A DNA stretch of 64,000 nt from Andalucia godoyi And28 (lineage: Eukaryota > Protista > Jakobida), in NCBI GenBank assembly GCA_009859145.1, contig VRVR01000011.1:140292-204291 (forward strand), given 5' to 3'. Both the position numbers and the translations under genes were made by a program. The notes beneath the pieces were generated by a model that worked only from the letters and a program-made list of their open reading frames with translations, was not told where the DNA came from and searched no databases. Below, piece by piece: positions 50,687 to 61,974 of this stretch (positions are counted from its first letter, which is position 1; every line of letters starts with the position of its first letter).

Positions 50687-53182
50687 ATGGGAGTTGAATC
50701 TGCGGCGTTGTTTGATGATGCAGTGCTGGACTCGGATTTGAAGCAGTCTCTGTCTCAATTCACAGAACAGACTCGGAAAGCTGTACTGCTCGAAAGAACC
50801 CTTGAAGAATGGGTTGCGCAGAACGAGACGCACGCATGGCCGTGCATTGCTGTTCGGATTGCGAGCGCGCTGAAAGGGAGATTCCTCGTCACGTTGAAAT
50901 CGGCATCTGCGAATCAGTCGAATTCACCATTGTTCAGCTCACGACGAAATGGTGCGTCGCGGTTTGGCGTTGGTGAGATGGTGAAGCTGACGCTGTCTCT
51001 AGGTTCAGTGTCGAGCTCTGTAGGAAGTGCGAACGATAACGAACAGGAGTGGAAAGGTGTTGTTTCGGCGTGTCATGAAAAGTTTATCCAGGTGCTGCTG
51101 GACGACGTCTCGGACGCTCTCTTTGCGATCACGAATATTGATGCGTTTTCTTCTTCGTCGTCCGGTGGTGCAACCAACAGCATGTTGTCTATGGGTTCTT
51201 CCGGAGCAGGAACTTCCTCTTCCTTAACTTCCTCTTCGTCTGGAGACAATGGTGGTCATGGAGACTTTTCTTCTGCTGGAAAACAAGGCGAAGCGGTCTT
51301 GAAGCTTTCAAAGATTCCTAATGACACGACGTACAAGCGAATTTCGCGGACCGTTGACAAGCTCGGCGAACCGGGCATGTTTGGATCAGATCATCCTGTC
51401 GTGGACTGCTTGTATGGCGATCGGGTTCCTTCCGAGTACTCGCCGCTGGACGGTTCGCAGTCAGAGCACATGACAACTGTCAGTGAATGGTTCAACACGA
51501 ATCTGAACTACTCGCAGAAGCAGGCTGTTGAATACGCGTTACGCCAAAAGGACATTGGGGTTATCCTAGGACCTCCAGGAACAGGGAAAACAACAACACT
51601 TGTCGAAGTCATTCGCCAGTTGCTGTCGAGAGGCAAGCGCGTGTTGGTCTGTGCTGCATCGAATGTTGCTGTTGACAATATTGTGGAACGTCTTGCAGCA
51701 TCAAGGTCTCTCATCCGAATGGTCCGACTTGGACATCCTGCTCGACTGCTGCCCAGCGTCGTTCCATACGCACTGGATGCTGTGTTGGACCGTTCCTCCG
51801 GCGGAGATGTTGTGGCGGATGTGCGAAAAGACATGGAGGAGAACATTTCAAAAATGAAGAAAGCAAAATCGTACTCAGACCGAAGGCAGTTGCGGCAAGA
51901 GTACAGACAACTTCAGAAGGAACTCAGAGTGAGAGAGAGAAAGGCGCTGGTGGATGTGGTAATGGCTGCCCAGGTCGTTTTGGCGACCAATACTGGATCT
52001 GACGAAAAGCTTGTTCGAATGCTGGAACAGGTCGTTGCCAAAGAGCGAAACACTTCCGGACTTCTGACGCACCCATTTGACTATTGCATTTTGGATGAAG
52101 CTGCACAATCGTTTGAGATTTCCTCCTGGATTCCCATTCTAAAGGCACGGTCCGTGATTCTTGCTGGGGATCACCACCAGCTCCCACCCACCGTGTTGTG
52201 CGCGAATCACACGCTTCCGAATGCCGAAAGCTTCAAGTTACTCATGCGTAAGAATTTTGAAGGACGGTTGTTGGCAAGTGCCGAGGTCGTGGAGTACGGT
52301 CGGAGATTGTCCCAGACATTATTCGCAAAGCTGTACAAGAAATTCGGCGGCCACATGCTTGAAGTGCAGTACCGAATGCACGAGGATATCATGAGATTCT
52401 CAAGCCGAGAATTCTACGGCAACAAGCTTGTAGCAGATCCCTCTGTTGCCGGTCACCGTATCAGCGAGGACTTGCCTTCTATCGTGTTTGTTGACACGTC
52501 AGATGCGGGGTATCAGGAAGGGGCCGATCAGTACGACTCGAAGTACAATCTTGGGGAAGTGCAGATCGTCGCGAAGTACTGCGCCGAACTCATCGAACTG
52601 CACGGCATACCGGAACAAGACATTGGGATCATTTCTCCGTACAATGCCCAGATTGATTTGATTCGTGACGCGGTTCGGAATTACTATGCAGGCGGTATCA
52701 AAAAGCCAGCCTCCGCGATCGCTTCATCGTCCGCGAAACCATCGTCCGCGAAGGGGTCCGGTCCCCCCAGTTCCAAAACGGGTGGAAAGGCCAAAGCCAG
52801 CAAAGGTTCCAAAGGGCGGGGCTCCAGCAAATCCTCTGAAGCTGCTGGAGGGCTGGTCAAAAAATCAGTCGATGCTGACTTGGAAATCGACGATGAGGAT
52901 CTCGGTTCTGGGTTTTTGGATGTGGAGATTTCTACTGTGGATGGGGTGCAGGGGCGCGAAAAGGATGTGATTCTGATGTCACTTGTTCGATGCAATAGTG
53001 TTGGAGATGTCGGGTTCTTGGCTGACAAGCGTCGCTTGAACGTTGCCATAACTCGCGCCCGCAGGCATCTTTTCGTCGTTGGTGATGCTAATACCTGCGT
53101 CCAAAATGAATTCCTGAAACGATTGATACAGTACTGGGAGGAAGTCTCGGAATACAGAACTGCCGGAGAGTTTGATTTGTAA
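50687..53182 (+). CDS. IGHMBP2: SMUBP-2/IGHMBP2/Hcs1-like SF1 helicase
   Basis: LNYSQKQAV, GPPGTGKTTT, ASNVAVDN, DEAAQ, GDHHQLPP, QYRMH, STVDGVQGREKD, RRLNVAITRAR. Start placed at MGVESA. Confidence 0.92.
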   Translation: MGVESAALFDDAVLDSDLKQSLSQFTEQTRKAVLLERTLEEWVAQNETHAWPCIAVRIASALKGRFLVTLKSASANQSNSPLFSSRRNGASRFGVGEMVKLTLSLGSVSSSVGSANDNEQEWKGVVSACHEKFIQVLLDDVSDALFAITNIDAFSSSSSGGATNSMLSMGSSGAGTSSSLTSSSSGDNGGHGDFSSAGKQGEAVLKLSKIPNDTTYKRISRTVDKLGEPGMFGSDHPVVDCLYGDRVPSEYSPLDGSQSEHMTTVSEWFNTNLNYSQKQAVEYALRQKDIGVILGPPGTGKTTTLVEVIRQLLSRGKRVLVCAASNVAVDNIVERLAASRSLIRMVRLGHPARLLPSVVPYALDAVLDRSSGGDVVADVRKDMEENISKMKKAKSYSDRRQLRQEYRQLQKELRVRERKALVDVVMAAQVVLATNTGSDEKLVRMLEQVVAKERNTSGLLTHPFDYCILDEAAQSFEISSWIPILKARSVILAGDHHQLPPTVLCANHTLPNAESFKLLMRKNFEGRLLASAEVVEYGRRLSQTLFAKLYKKFGGHMLEVQYRMHEDIMRFSSREFYGNKLVADPSVAGHRISEDLPSIVFVDTSDAGYQEGADQYDSKYNLGEVQIVAKYCAELIELHGIPEQDIGIISPYNAQIDLIRDAVRNYYAGGIKKPASAIASSSAKPSSAKGSGPPSSKTGGKAKASKGSKGRGSSKSSEAAGGLVKKSVDADLEIDDEDLGSGFLDVEISTVDGVQGREKDVILMSLVRCNSVGDVGFLADKRRLNVAITRARRHLFVVGDANTCVQNEFLKRLIQYWEEVSEYRTAGEFDL

Positions 53183-53333
53183 ACGCCGCCGTCGCCACTT
53201 ATTGCGATATGATGAAGCAATCTAAAGCGCACGTTTAAACAAAAACACTGCCACGCGCCATGCGAATGCGCATGCGTTTGCTATGTTAACAACTCCGTTC
53301 ACACGATGTCCCGATTTCGTTTCGCTCCATTTT

Positions 53334-53568
53334 GATCATGAAATCCCTATAAACACGCCGCCGCGTTGCATTCTCGCACAGCGACGCTCATTTCATATCT
53401 TTATTTTTACTGTCCATGCAACGCGACATCTATCTTAAGAACGTCTCTCATGCCGAGGGGCGTGTTGGGGCCTACCCCCTTCCCAATCATGCTATGCATG
53501 TTGTTGGGTTGCAACATTGGTTATGGGTGATCAGTGATGCTTATCCGTGGTTATTGTACAATGTAGGC
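53334..53568 (+). mobile_element. Family A element, copy B: 235-bp ORF-less (omegaRNA-only) derivative
   Basis: Left ~80 bp match 39990-39910 and include TATAAA; right ~140 bp match 39445-39305; only IYLKN remains of the nuclease C-terminus. Confidence 0.88.
53430..53568 (+). ncRNA. Putative Fanzor omegaRNA scaffold (copy B)
   Basis: GAGGGG/CCCCTT stem with GCCTAC (53470-53475) complementary to terminal GTAGGC (53563-53568); 9-bp hairpin at 53515-53536. Confidence 0.7.
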
Positions 53569-53646
53569 ACCGTCGCCACCCACTCCGACACCTATTTCAT
53601 TTTCATCTTCCGTTTTTCTCCCTCCAACTGACGAAAACTCTTGCGC

Positions 53647-56496
53647 TCATTCTCCACTGCGATAAAACATATTAAAGTTGATTCGCATCAGAAACGGTGA
53701 CAAAAACGTTGCGTTTCCCGTGGCAACCATTTTGGTGATAATGGTAATCAGCACATCCACAGCAGCAGAGAATCGATCACGAATGACAGGGACCGTTTGC
53801 AAACCAAATGAGAATTCTCGAATCAACTGCAATATTTTTGATACCTGATTCCACACAACACGCATCTGAGGAGTCACCAGGCAGCGATTGGCAGCGCCGC
53901 GAACATAGGTGCGGTGAATTTCTACGAGTTGCTGCAAGTCTCTTGCCTTGTCAATCTTATCGGATAAATCTGCCCACGTTATTCCAATTGCCTCGCTCAT
54001 CAAATAATAAAGAAGCGCGTCCAGGAATTGGATCATGGAGAATCGCAGCATGAGTGCTCCAAATGATCCAGAAACACTCTCCATGCTTTTCTCTCTGCAC
54101 AGGTGTCGCGCATGATGGATTTGAAGAAGAAATCGGAAGACGGATTGATAGTGCGAAACACAGTCGCGATCTAACAGGGAGGATATCGGATACGGAACAT
54201 CGTACGAAAAGGACAGACAATCAATCGCATCAAGAGTGGAGAAGCCATTCTTGTGTCTGCGCGTGTCCGAAATGCCAAGACTTGTTGCTGTCGTGGAGGC
54301 GGTGATCGAAGACTGGTCGTTCTCCATCGAAATGTTCACCCGAAAACGATCAAGATACTCTCTGTGAAGATAACCGCAAGTGTCTACCGATTCGACAAAG
54401 AAGCCAGTAATGGTGGAAGAAAGGAGCATTCCGGATGTGGAAAACAGCCGAGAATAGAATTCGTAGCAAAGGTCCCCCTGCTCCATAAAATACACGGCGC
54501 GAAGTGTCGCCAAATGAATCAAGACATGGCAGCGATCCTTGATGAGCGTTGAGAAGGAGCTGGATAAGAAAGATACTTGGAGGTTCACACGATCGGCCAA
54601 GTCCTCATGGAGGTGGTCTACCAATCTGGATGTGCGAGCCGCCACACCGTAAGAAGGCGATTTCGGAGACGCCGCTGAGACCGGAGAATAGACTATTCGA
54701 GGTTGTGAATTTTGTCGCTTCGCAGTGGAACGCAATGACGTTAGTGAGGACTCTGCAAAGTTCTTCTTCCACAGTGGACGGGGAGGCGTTTGCATCGAAG
54801 ACACGGCATGCTTGCTTGGCGGGGCGCCAGAAGATGTTTCCGTGTCAGTAGCGTCCGCGTCTGCGTCTCCATCCTCCTCTCCGCTTTCTTTCCACGATGT
54901 GCGAATGTGCTGCAGCAGTAGAACATTCAAACCCGCCTCGTAGATTGAACCCGCCATCTTCGACGGAATGAATATTGGAACCTTGTCAGGCGCCAGAACG
55001 AACCCGCTGGACTCGTCATTCCGAACAAAAAACTCTTCAAAAGGATCGTGCAGGAATCCCTCGAACACCCAAGTCTCAACAAGCTGCACAAATGGCGCAA
55101 ACGCCAGATTCAACATTCCATACATGTCCCCACGATACAAAAGATCGGCTGCGCCTTGACGCTCGAGATCTTGTACGTGATCAAAGATGGAAGACAGGAT
55201 GTCGGCCGATCTTGATCCAGCTGTGACATGGCGCTGGCAGATTGAATGGTAAACGGACCATTCCAGAGAAATCTCTTCCGCAAACGTCCTGAGACGCAAA
55301 ATAGAAGGCAACTTCACCATGAAGTCTTTCTCAAAATCCGACAGAGCTGCGAACAATTCATGTCTTCGGCTTTCGACATGATATGCGAATCCTGCTGCGG
55401 ACCACCCCGCCAACTGAGAAACAGTCTGCAAAGACGATCGCAGGAAGGATGCCGCCCTTAAAACCTCGGCAATAAACGATCCTGTTATACCCGGAGTTGC
55501 ATTGGCCACCACAATGCGGTGAGGAACATATCTGTAAATTCCCAGATCCGCGTGCCATTCCGCAAACTCAACGTCTGCACCACGCAGCACTCCGCAACAT
55601 TCCCGAATGAGCTCCTTGGGCTGCACGACTCGCACATGCTCATATACACGGGAATCCGATGCGTTTGTGAACAGTTGTTCGGTGGGTACCGACGATGTTG
55701 ATACAACTTCACGAAGCATCAGGTCATCCAAGGGCTGTGAAAAGAACGATGGTCTCTCTTGACCGAAAGTTCCAAGAAACGACGCAAACAACGTGTCTTG
55801 ATTCGATTCCTGAATTGCACTTTTCTCGGCTGGAAAGTTGCGAATAGGCTCTGTGGTCGAGACGCTCTCGCCGTCTGAAGCCGTGTCCGTGGAACCCATC
55901 TCGTTCGATTCAAAGTCACCCTCTTCACCTTCCTGGGAATCATGGTCAAAATCCAGGGCCCATTCACCAAGATCGCCATCCTTAGCTGACAGTTCATCCC
56001 GAATGAAAGCCGGAAGCTCGTGAATTGGAACGACTGCAGCATTCTCGAAGCGATCCAAGGACGCAACTGAATCCAGATACCGCTGCTTCAGCATATCATC
56101 AAAAGACTCGAAAAACTCTGACATTTCCTCTGCTGATTTTTCCAAAGGCTTATAAGACACCTCCAGGAGAACAAGCAGTATAGACGCATTCACTCCATCC
56201 ATTGGATTTCCAATGTCTGTTCGCAATACGTGATTCATGGCACGTTGGAGTCGGCTTGCGATTTCCAATTTCGAGTCCAATTCAAATCGATCTATCATCC
56301 CCACATATCTCTTTTCAACACTCGCTCGAGATGGGGTGAGAAAAGTATGCTCCGTAATAGATTTGTACGCATAATCAAACAACGTGGCAATTTGCCCATC
56401 GTCTTGGACTCCCATTCCAAGTATAAGTGATTCCAGCAATGCCCGCAATTTCAAGTCTCGCTGCGAAGCGTATCGCGACAACATAGGTCTAGCCAT
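53647..56496 (-). CDS. TUBGCP5: Gamma-tubulin complex component 5 (Spc97/Spc98 family)
   Basis: GCP5-like N-terminus (FDYAYKSITEHTFL..EKRYVGMIDRF), WVFEGFLHDPFEEFFV, LRAVYFMEQGDL, YQSVFRFLLQI. Confidence 0.85.
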   Translation of the reverse strand: MARPMLSRYASQRDLKLRALLESLILGMGVQDDGQIATLFDYAYKSITEHTFLTPSRASVEKRYVGMIDRFELDSKLEIASRLQRAMNHVLRTDIGNPMDGVNASILLVLLEVSYKPLEKSAEEMSEFFESFDDMLKQRYLDSVASLDRFENAAVVPIHELPAFIRDELSAKDGDLGEWALDFDHDSQEGEEGDFESNEMGSTDTASDGESVSTTEPIRNFPAEKSAIQESNQDTLFASFLGTFGQERPSFFSQPLDDLMLREVVSTSSVPTEQLFTNASDSRVYEHVRVVQPKELIRECCGVLRGADVEFAEWHADLGIYRYVPHRIVVANATPGITGSFIAEVLRAASFLRSSLQTVSQLAGWSAAGFAYHVESRRHELFAALSDFEKDFMVKLPSILRLRTFAEEISLEWSVYHSICQRHVTAGSRSADILSSIFDHVQDLERQGAADLLYRGDMYGMLNLAFAPFVQLVETWVFEGFLHDPFEEFFVRNDESSGFVLAPDKVPIFIPSKMAGSIYEAGLNVLLLQHIRTSWKESGEEDGDADADATDTETSSGAPPSKHAVSSMQTPPRPLWKKNFAESSLTSLRSTAKRQNSQPRIVYSPVSAASPKSPSYGVAARTSRLVDHLHEDLADRVNLQVSFLSSSFSTLIKDRCHVLIHLATLRAVYFMEQGDLCYEFYSRLFSTSGMLLSSTITGFFVESVDTCGYLHREYLDRFRVNISMENDQSSITASTTATSLGISDTRRHKNGFSTLDAIDCLSFSYDVPYPISSLLDRDCVSHYQSVFRFLLQIHHARHLCREKSMESVSGSFGALMLRFSMIQFLDALLYYLMSEAIGITWADLSDKIDKARDLQQLVEIHRTYVRGAANRCLVTPQMRVVWNQVSKILQLIREFSFGLQTVPVIRDRFSAAVDVLITIITKMVATGNATFLSPFLMRINFNMFYRSGE

Positions 56497-56968
56497 GACA
56501 TTCAGCGATGCTTATTTTCTCTCCGCTACCCAAGTGCTGTTTTTGAAGCCTTTTCGCCTCTTTATCCGTTTCAATAAACAATTCCTTATTGATTGATTCT
56601 TTGTTTATAATTTCATTTTGGAGTTTTGTCTTTGGATGAAGAAAACGGAAGAAATGGAAATGGCGGGAGACTTTTCCAATTTCGTGAGGTGCGTCTACGG
56701 TACTGACGTTTCTTGTCTCGCGCGACTTGTCTTCCGAGAGTTTACTGTATTTTTTTCTCCACTTGATTCATCATTATTGGCTTTACTCAACCAAGGATCG
56801 TTGTGAGATGGTGATGCGGTGAGATGCGGTCCGCGGGAAATCGAACAGCATGCGGTGCCAGAAGAAGATGTCGGGCAGCACGAACGGAGGAAGAAGAGGA
56901 GGGGGGCGGGAATATATACCAAAACGACACCTTTCAAAAAAACCCTCCCCCCGACAAGACCGCTCGGC

Positions 56969-58106
<1,138 letters not shown>

Positions 58107-58420
58107 TTTTCTTCTTTCAGTGCCCTGACTTTTCCCCCCAGCCCCGCAGACAAGAATGAAGAAACACTCGTGGGAACTTGGAAAACGTGTCGTGCACCAG
58201 CGCTGCAAGTGGGTTTTCACACATACACACTCTCTCACACAGTCAAGCACTGTATCAGCTTGATGCTTACCAGTCCCGAAATGGGTCACGTTTTGGAGAA
58301 AACACTATGCACGTGGAAATTCGTTTCCCTTTTCTTTTCTTTTCTTTTCTTTCTATTCTATTCAGAGAGACAGAGAGAAAGAAAGAAAGAAAGAAAGAAG
58401 GAGAAAAGGTGGTATTGGAA

Positions 58421-59062
58421 ATGTCTCTTAAATCCGAACTGCATGCATCCTTGGAAAAGCTAGAGGCGAATGCATTGACGCTGTTCGCTGCGATTTCTCA
58501 ATACGAAGGAGCCTCTGCGAAAGTTCCCGAGAAGTTGGTGCGTGTGTTTGAAGAGAATGATCGACTGCAGGAATTGCTGAGCAAATTAAAGCAGCACCAA
58601 GAGCGGCAGTCGCATTTGGAAAAGCTGCAGAAGGAATCACAACAACTGGAAAAGCAGACTCGAAAGACGATTCACACGCTGCTGGAGGCACAGACCGAGC
58701 TACTCAACGCTCAAGATCTTTGCTCTGCAGTACTCCGAAGACAGCCTCAAAAGATCCCGGTGGATACTCTTGTCGAGTATGCTCGACAGATTAGGTTCAC
58801 ATCCATGGCTCCATCGTGGTGGCAGCCCGGTCTTGAACTCGGACTGTACAAGCCACCCGCACCCCGAAAGAACGTGGAAGTGCAGCAGAGTTGTTTGTGG
58901 CCACACTTGCAAGACGCTGGCCAGACCTTGTCGGGCACTGCTTTGGGTCATCCAGAAAAGGTAGAACACGAAGAGATCCACGTTTCGGATGAAATGTTCG
59001 CTGCAAGTCGGAGATCACGAAAGCGTGATCGACAAGAAGAGTTTGAAGACGAGTTCATTTAG
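58421..59062 (+). CDS. MED4: Mediator subunit 4
   Basis: N-terminal coiled coil then VDTLVEYARQIRFTSMAPSWWQPG..YKPPAP. Confidence 0.85.
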   Translation: MSLKSELHASLEKLEANALTLFAAISQYEGASAKVPEKLVRVFEENDRLQELLSKLKQHQERQSHLEKLQKESQQLEKQTRKTIHTLLEAQTELLNAQDLCSAVLRRQPQKIPVDTLVEYARQIRFTSMAPSWWQPGLELGLYKPPAPRKNVEVQQSCLWPHLQDAGQTLSGTALGHPEKVEHEEIHVSDEMFAASRRSRKRDRQEEFEDEFI

Positions 59063-59302
59063 AGATCCTGCACTTGTCAACTGCGACGCGCACACGCGTG
59101 TATACTATGCCGAAGAGCACAATATCAAAGGAGCTGAAGAAACTTTTCAGTTTTATATACATTGATTTCGAGGATATGCTGCTGTGTTTTCTGTTGCTCT
59201 TGTTCTGGTTGTTGACAATTTTCTTTCTTGCTTCCATTCCGCGGTGCTCGCTTTTGCGGTCTTTTGGGCCTGTGAAAAAGAAAAATGCTGCCGTAATCAT
59301 GT

Positions 59303-60241
59303 CTATGGGATTACATTCGCAATCACGCATGGGATTGCATCTTCCAACGGCACTTCCAGAGTGAATGAGATCCCGATGTACTTGATAGTGACGGATCCGA
59401 GGAAGGACATTCCGGTCACCCTCTCATTGACGCACTGTGTGTACACCGCAGAATATTCCGGGCCCGTCTTTGTATCCTTCTGCTTGACGACGTACTTTGT
59501 TGTTTTCTTCGCTGGCAATGATTCAGATCCTTTCTCAATTTCAAAGAGGACGAGCCCCGAGGGTGAATGAGTGGCCTTCAGAAGCAGCTTTTGAATCTCC
59601 ACTTTGAAGTAGTTGTCATTTTGAATATTCAAAAACATATCCAAATCGTATTGAATGACGAAGTTGTTTCCCTCTTGTCGCAGCGTGAATACAGACTCCG
59701 ACACGTTCTTCTCCTTGATTTTGGGAATACGGGGAAAGATAAAGAACAAAATTAAGGCCACGGTTGCAATCGACAGAATGAATCCTAAAAAGCACGAGAG
59801 AAACAGTTTTGTCTTTTTGTGTCGGATGTACGACCCTTCCTTGGGCTTTCCGTCCGAAAGACGTGGGTCGGCGGGTCCGGGCATGGCAACCGCAACAGTA
59901 TCAGGGTTTTTGTTGTCCACTGGCTTTCCACTGGCGTATGCATCACCGTCCCTGTAGCTATTGTATGCTGCCGTGGAAGACGAGGCATCCTCTACTGGAT
60001 AGTAGAGAACGCTCGGAGGCACGGTGGGAGGCACGTAACTGGATGCGCTGGATGTCGGGGCCATGTTTGTTGCAGAGGCGGTCGTTGAGGGAGTGGTCAG
60101 GGGAGGGGCAGAAGGAGCGGTTTGGGAGGCGACGGGCGGGACGACTCCAGATCGAGAAGATGCGGAAGACGGCAAGGACGACAGTGACCGATTGCTGTTC
60201 GAAACCGTCGATGTTTTGGATTCAAATGGATACTTGTGCAT
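59303..60241 (-). CDS. TMEM106/LEA_2-like type II membrane protein
   Basis: Disordered S/P-rich N-terminus, KKTKLF + TM + FFIFPR, beta-rich lumenal domain with NIQNDNYF. Confidence 0.7.
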   Translation of the reverse strand: MHKYPFESKTSTVSNSNRSLSSLPSSASSRSGVVPPVASQTAPSAPPLTTPSTTASATNMAPTSSASSYVPPTVPPSVLYYPVEDASSSTAAYNSYRDGDAYASGKPVDNKNPDTVAVAMPGPADPRLSDGKPKEGSYIRHKKTKLFLSCFLGFILSIATVALILFFIFPRIPKIKEKNVSESVFTLRQEGNNFVIQYDLDMFLNIQNDNYFKVEIQKLLLKATHSPSGLVLFEIEKGSESLPAKKTTKYVVKQKDTKTGPEYSAVYTQCVNERVTGMSFLGSVTIKYIGISFTLEVPLEDAIPCVIANVIP

Positions 60242-60684
60242 GACTCTGAACGCGAAACTTGTTGCCGATACTGCATATATTCAGCACTATTATTACCTTC
60301 GCAAGAATCATTTTCTTCTTCTTTTCGTCATGCGCTTCATTCGACTCGGCGGCAACACGAACTCGGCTGTCCGTTAAATGCAGTTCAAGTTCTTGTGCTC
60401 TCGAAGTATCGAATGAGCTGGTGCGGAAGCTCTCACTCTCTGTCTTTTTGCCCCGCAACCCCCCTTTTCCCCCCGAGGTCCACTGGAGGTCGGTGACATT
60501 GGAAAGTGTCGCTGCATGCAAGAAACGATGGGAGAGGGTGGAGAGCAATAAGTAAAATAATAATTCAAAAAAAAAAAAAAACAAGAAGCATCAGCTGAAT
60601 GTTCCATGTTCCTGTATTGAAAGAGCCCCAGGAGAGGGGTGGAAAGAAAAGGAAATGCTTTGAAATACACGATGCGATCCCTAT

Positions 60685-61839
60685 TTACGTCTTTTCCCAT
60701 TCTTCCAGGACTGGATACCAGGGCGGGATGTCCTTGTCTCTGTACATGTAGTCGACAAGAATTTCCTCATCTTTGGCAATGTCCTTGATCGCCTGCACAC
60801 ATCGAATGTGACCAAATCGCGGATGCCAGACGCGGCCGTATTTTGCATTCATCATGCTCTTCTTTGGAGCGTGGTTCGCTTTGTGGCCCAAGGATGCTCG
60901 ATAGTAGGACGTGGAATCGAACGGAACGGGAACGTCAAGATCCTCGTCGTCGTCGTGCAGAGAAATCACATTCTTTGCTCGATCATAATCCCAAGACTCA
61001 ATTTCCCTGTCTGGGACCAGACGTCCATTATAGTACGAGCAGACATCGCCCGTCTTCAGAGCAACTTTGGCAAACAGACCCTCTCCGCTTCCTTCAATGG
61101 GAGACATCTTGACATAAACTCTGATCTGCTCAAGCGGATCTTCTGTTAGTCGGCATGATTCCAAGTCGTTTTCACAAGGCTCGCAAACCGGAACAGTGAG
61201 ATCCAGCGTGGGATATGTGTAGACACACTTGTCTCGGACGAACTCCCCATCCTCGAATTCACCCTTGACAAGACCCCCATCTTCAATTCGAAGAGTGCCA
61301 TGTCCATGCCGCAATCCGCTCTTGTATCCGCCTTCATACACTATTCTCCCATCTTCGTCCTTTTCAACAGCATCATCGCACGTCATTTCCCCATCCACAA
61401 AAGATCCAATCACGACAATTCCCGAAGATTGATGCAGTTCCCCTCGGCCCTGAGCAACATCGTCCACAAACGAAGCCTGGATCAAGACAAATTCAAACTC
61501 CCTCTCTTCTTCCTCTCCATCCTCTTCATCATCGCTGCCTAACTTGTCCGATTCGCTGTCCCCAACTCTCTCTGCAGACTCTCTATCACGTCTCGCCCGG
61601 TGTTCGTTTGGTGCGGTATCGGCATCCTGCGGATCGACATCCACTGCATCGTCCCCCACTGCATCGTCCCCTACAACGGCGGCATCTACCATTTCCTCGC
61701 GTGCAGGGAAAACCGTCATTTTCAGTTGTCCTTGACCTTGTTTTCTGTTCTGACTGTCGACTTTGCCCTCAAACTCGTACAGCATCCCGTCTTCTTCCCA
61801 TTGAAGAGTCACTCGGCGCAGCTTTTGCTGGTTCCTCAT
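60685..61839 (-). CDS. SETD7: SET7/9-like lysine methyltransferase (MORN repeats plus SET domain)
   Basis: MORN repeats (YEGGYKSGLRHGHG), SGEGLFAK, SLGHKANH, HPRFGHIRCV..DEEILVDY, PPWY. Confidence 0.85.
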   Translation of the reverse strand: MRNQQKLRRVTLQWEEDGMLYEFEGKVDSQNRKQGQGQLKMTVFPAREEMVDAAVVGDDAVGDDAVDVDPQDADTAPNEHRARRDRESAERVGDSESDKLGSDDEEDGEEEEREFEFVLIQASFVDDVAQGRGELHQSSGIVVIGSFVDGEMTCDDAVEKDEDGRIVYEGGYKSGLRHGHGTLRIEDGGLVKGEFEDGEFVRDKCVYTYPTLDLTVPVCEPCENDLESCRLTEDPLEQIRVYVKMSPIEGSGEGLFAKVALKTGDVCSYYNGRLVPDREIESWDYDRAKNVISLHDDDEDLDVPVPFDSTSYYRASLGHKANHAPKKSMMNAKYGRVWHPRFGHIRCVQAIKDIAKDEEILVDYMYRDKDIPPWYPVLEEWEKT

Positions 61840-61974
61840 TTTTTCCCAAGCTGTCGTCCAAACACAGGAAGAGAGGAAAAACACTACGGGAGAGGAAGAA
61901 AGAGAAGAAGAAAGAGAAGGGAAGAAGGAAAAAAGAAGGGGGAAAAAGGAGAAACGTTTGAACATCAGACAATA

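Noticed and set aside
60245-60310. Extra coding exon for the TMEM106-like gene via GTAATA..CAG
   Set aside because: Neither phase gives an open upstream frame joined to the main ORF; at most a 5' UTR intron.
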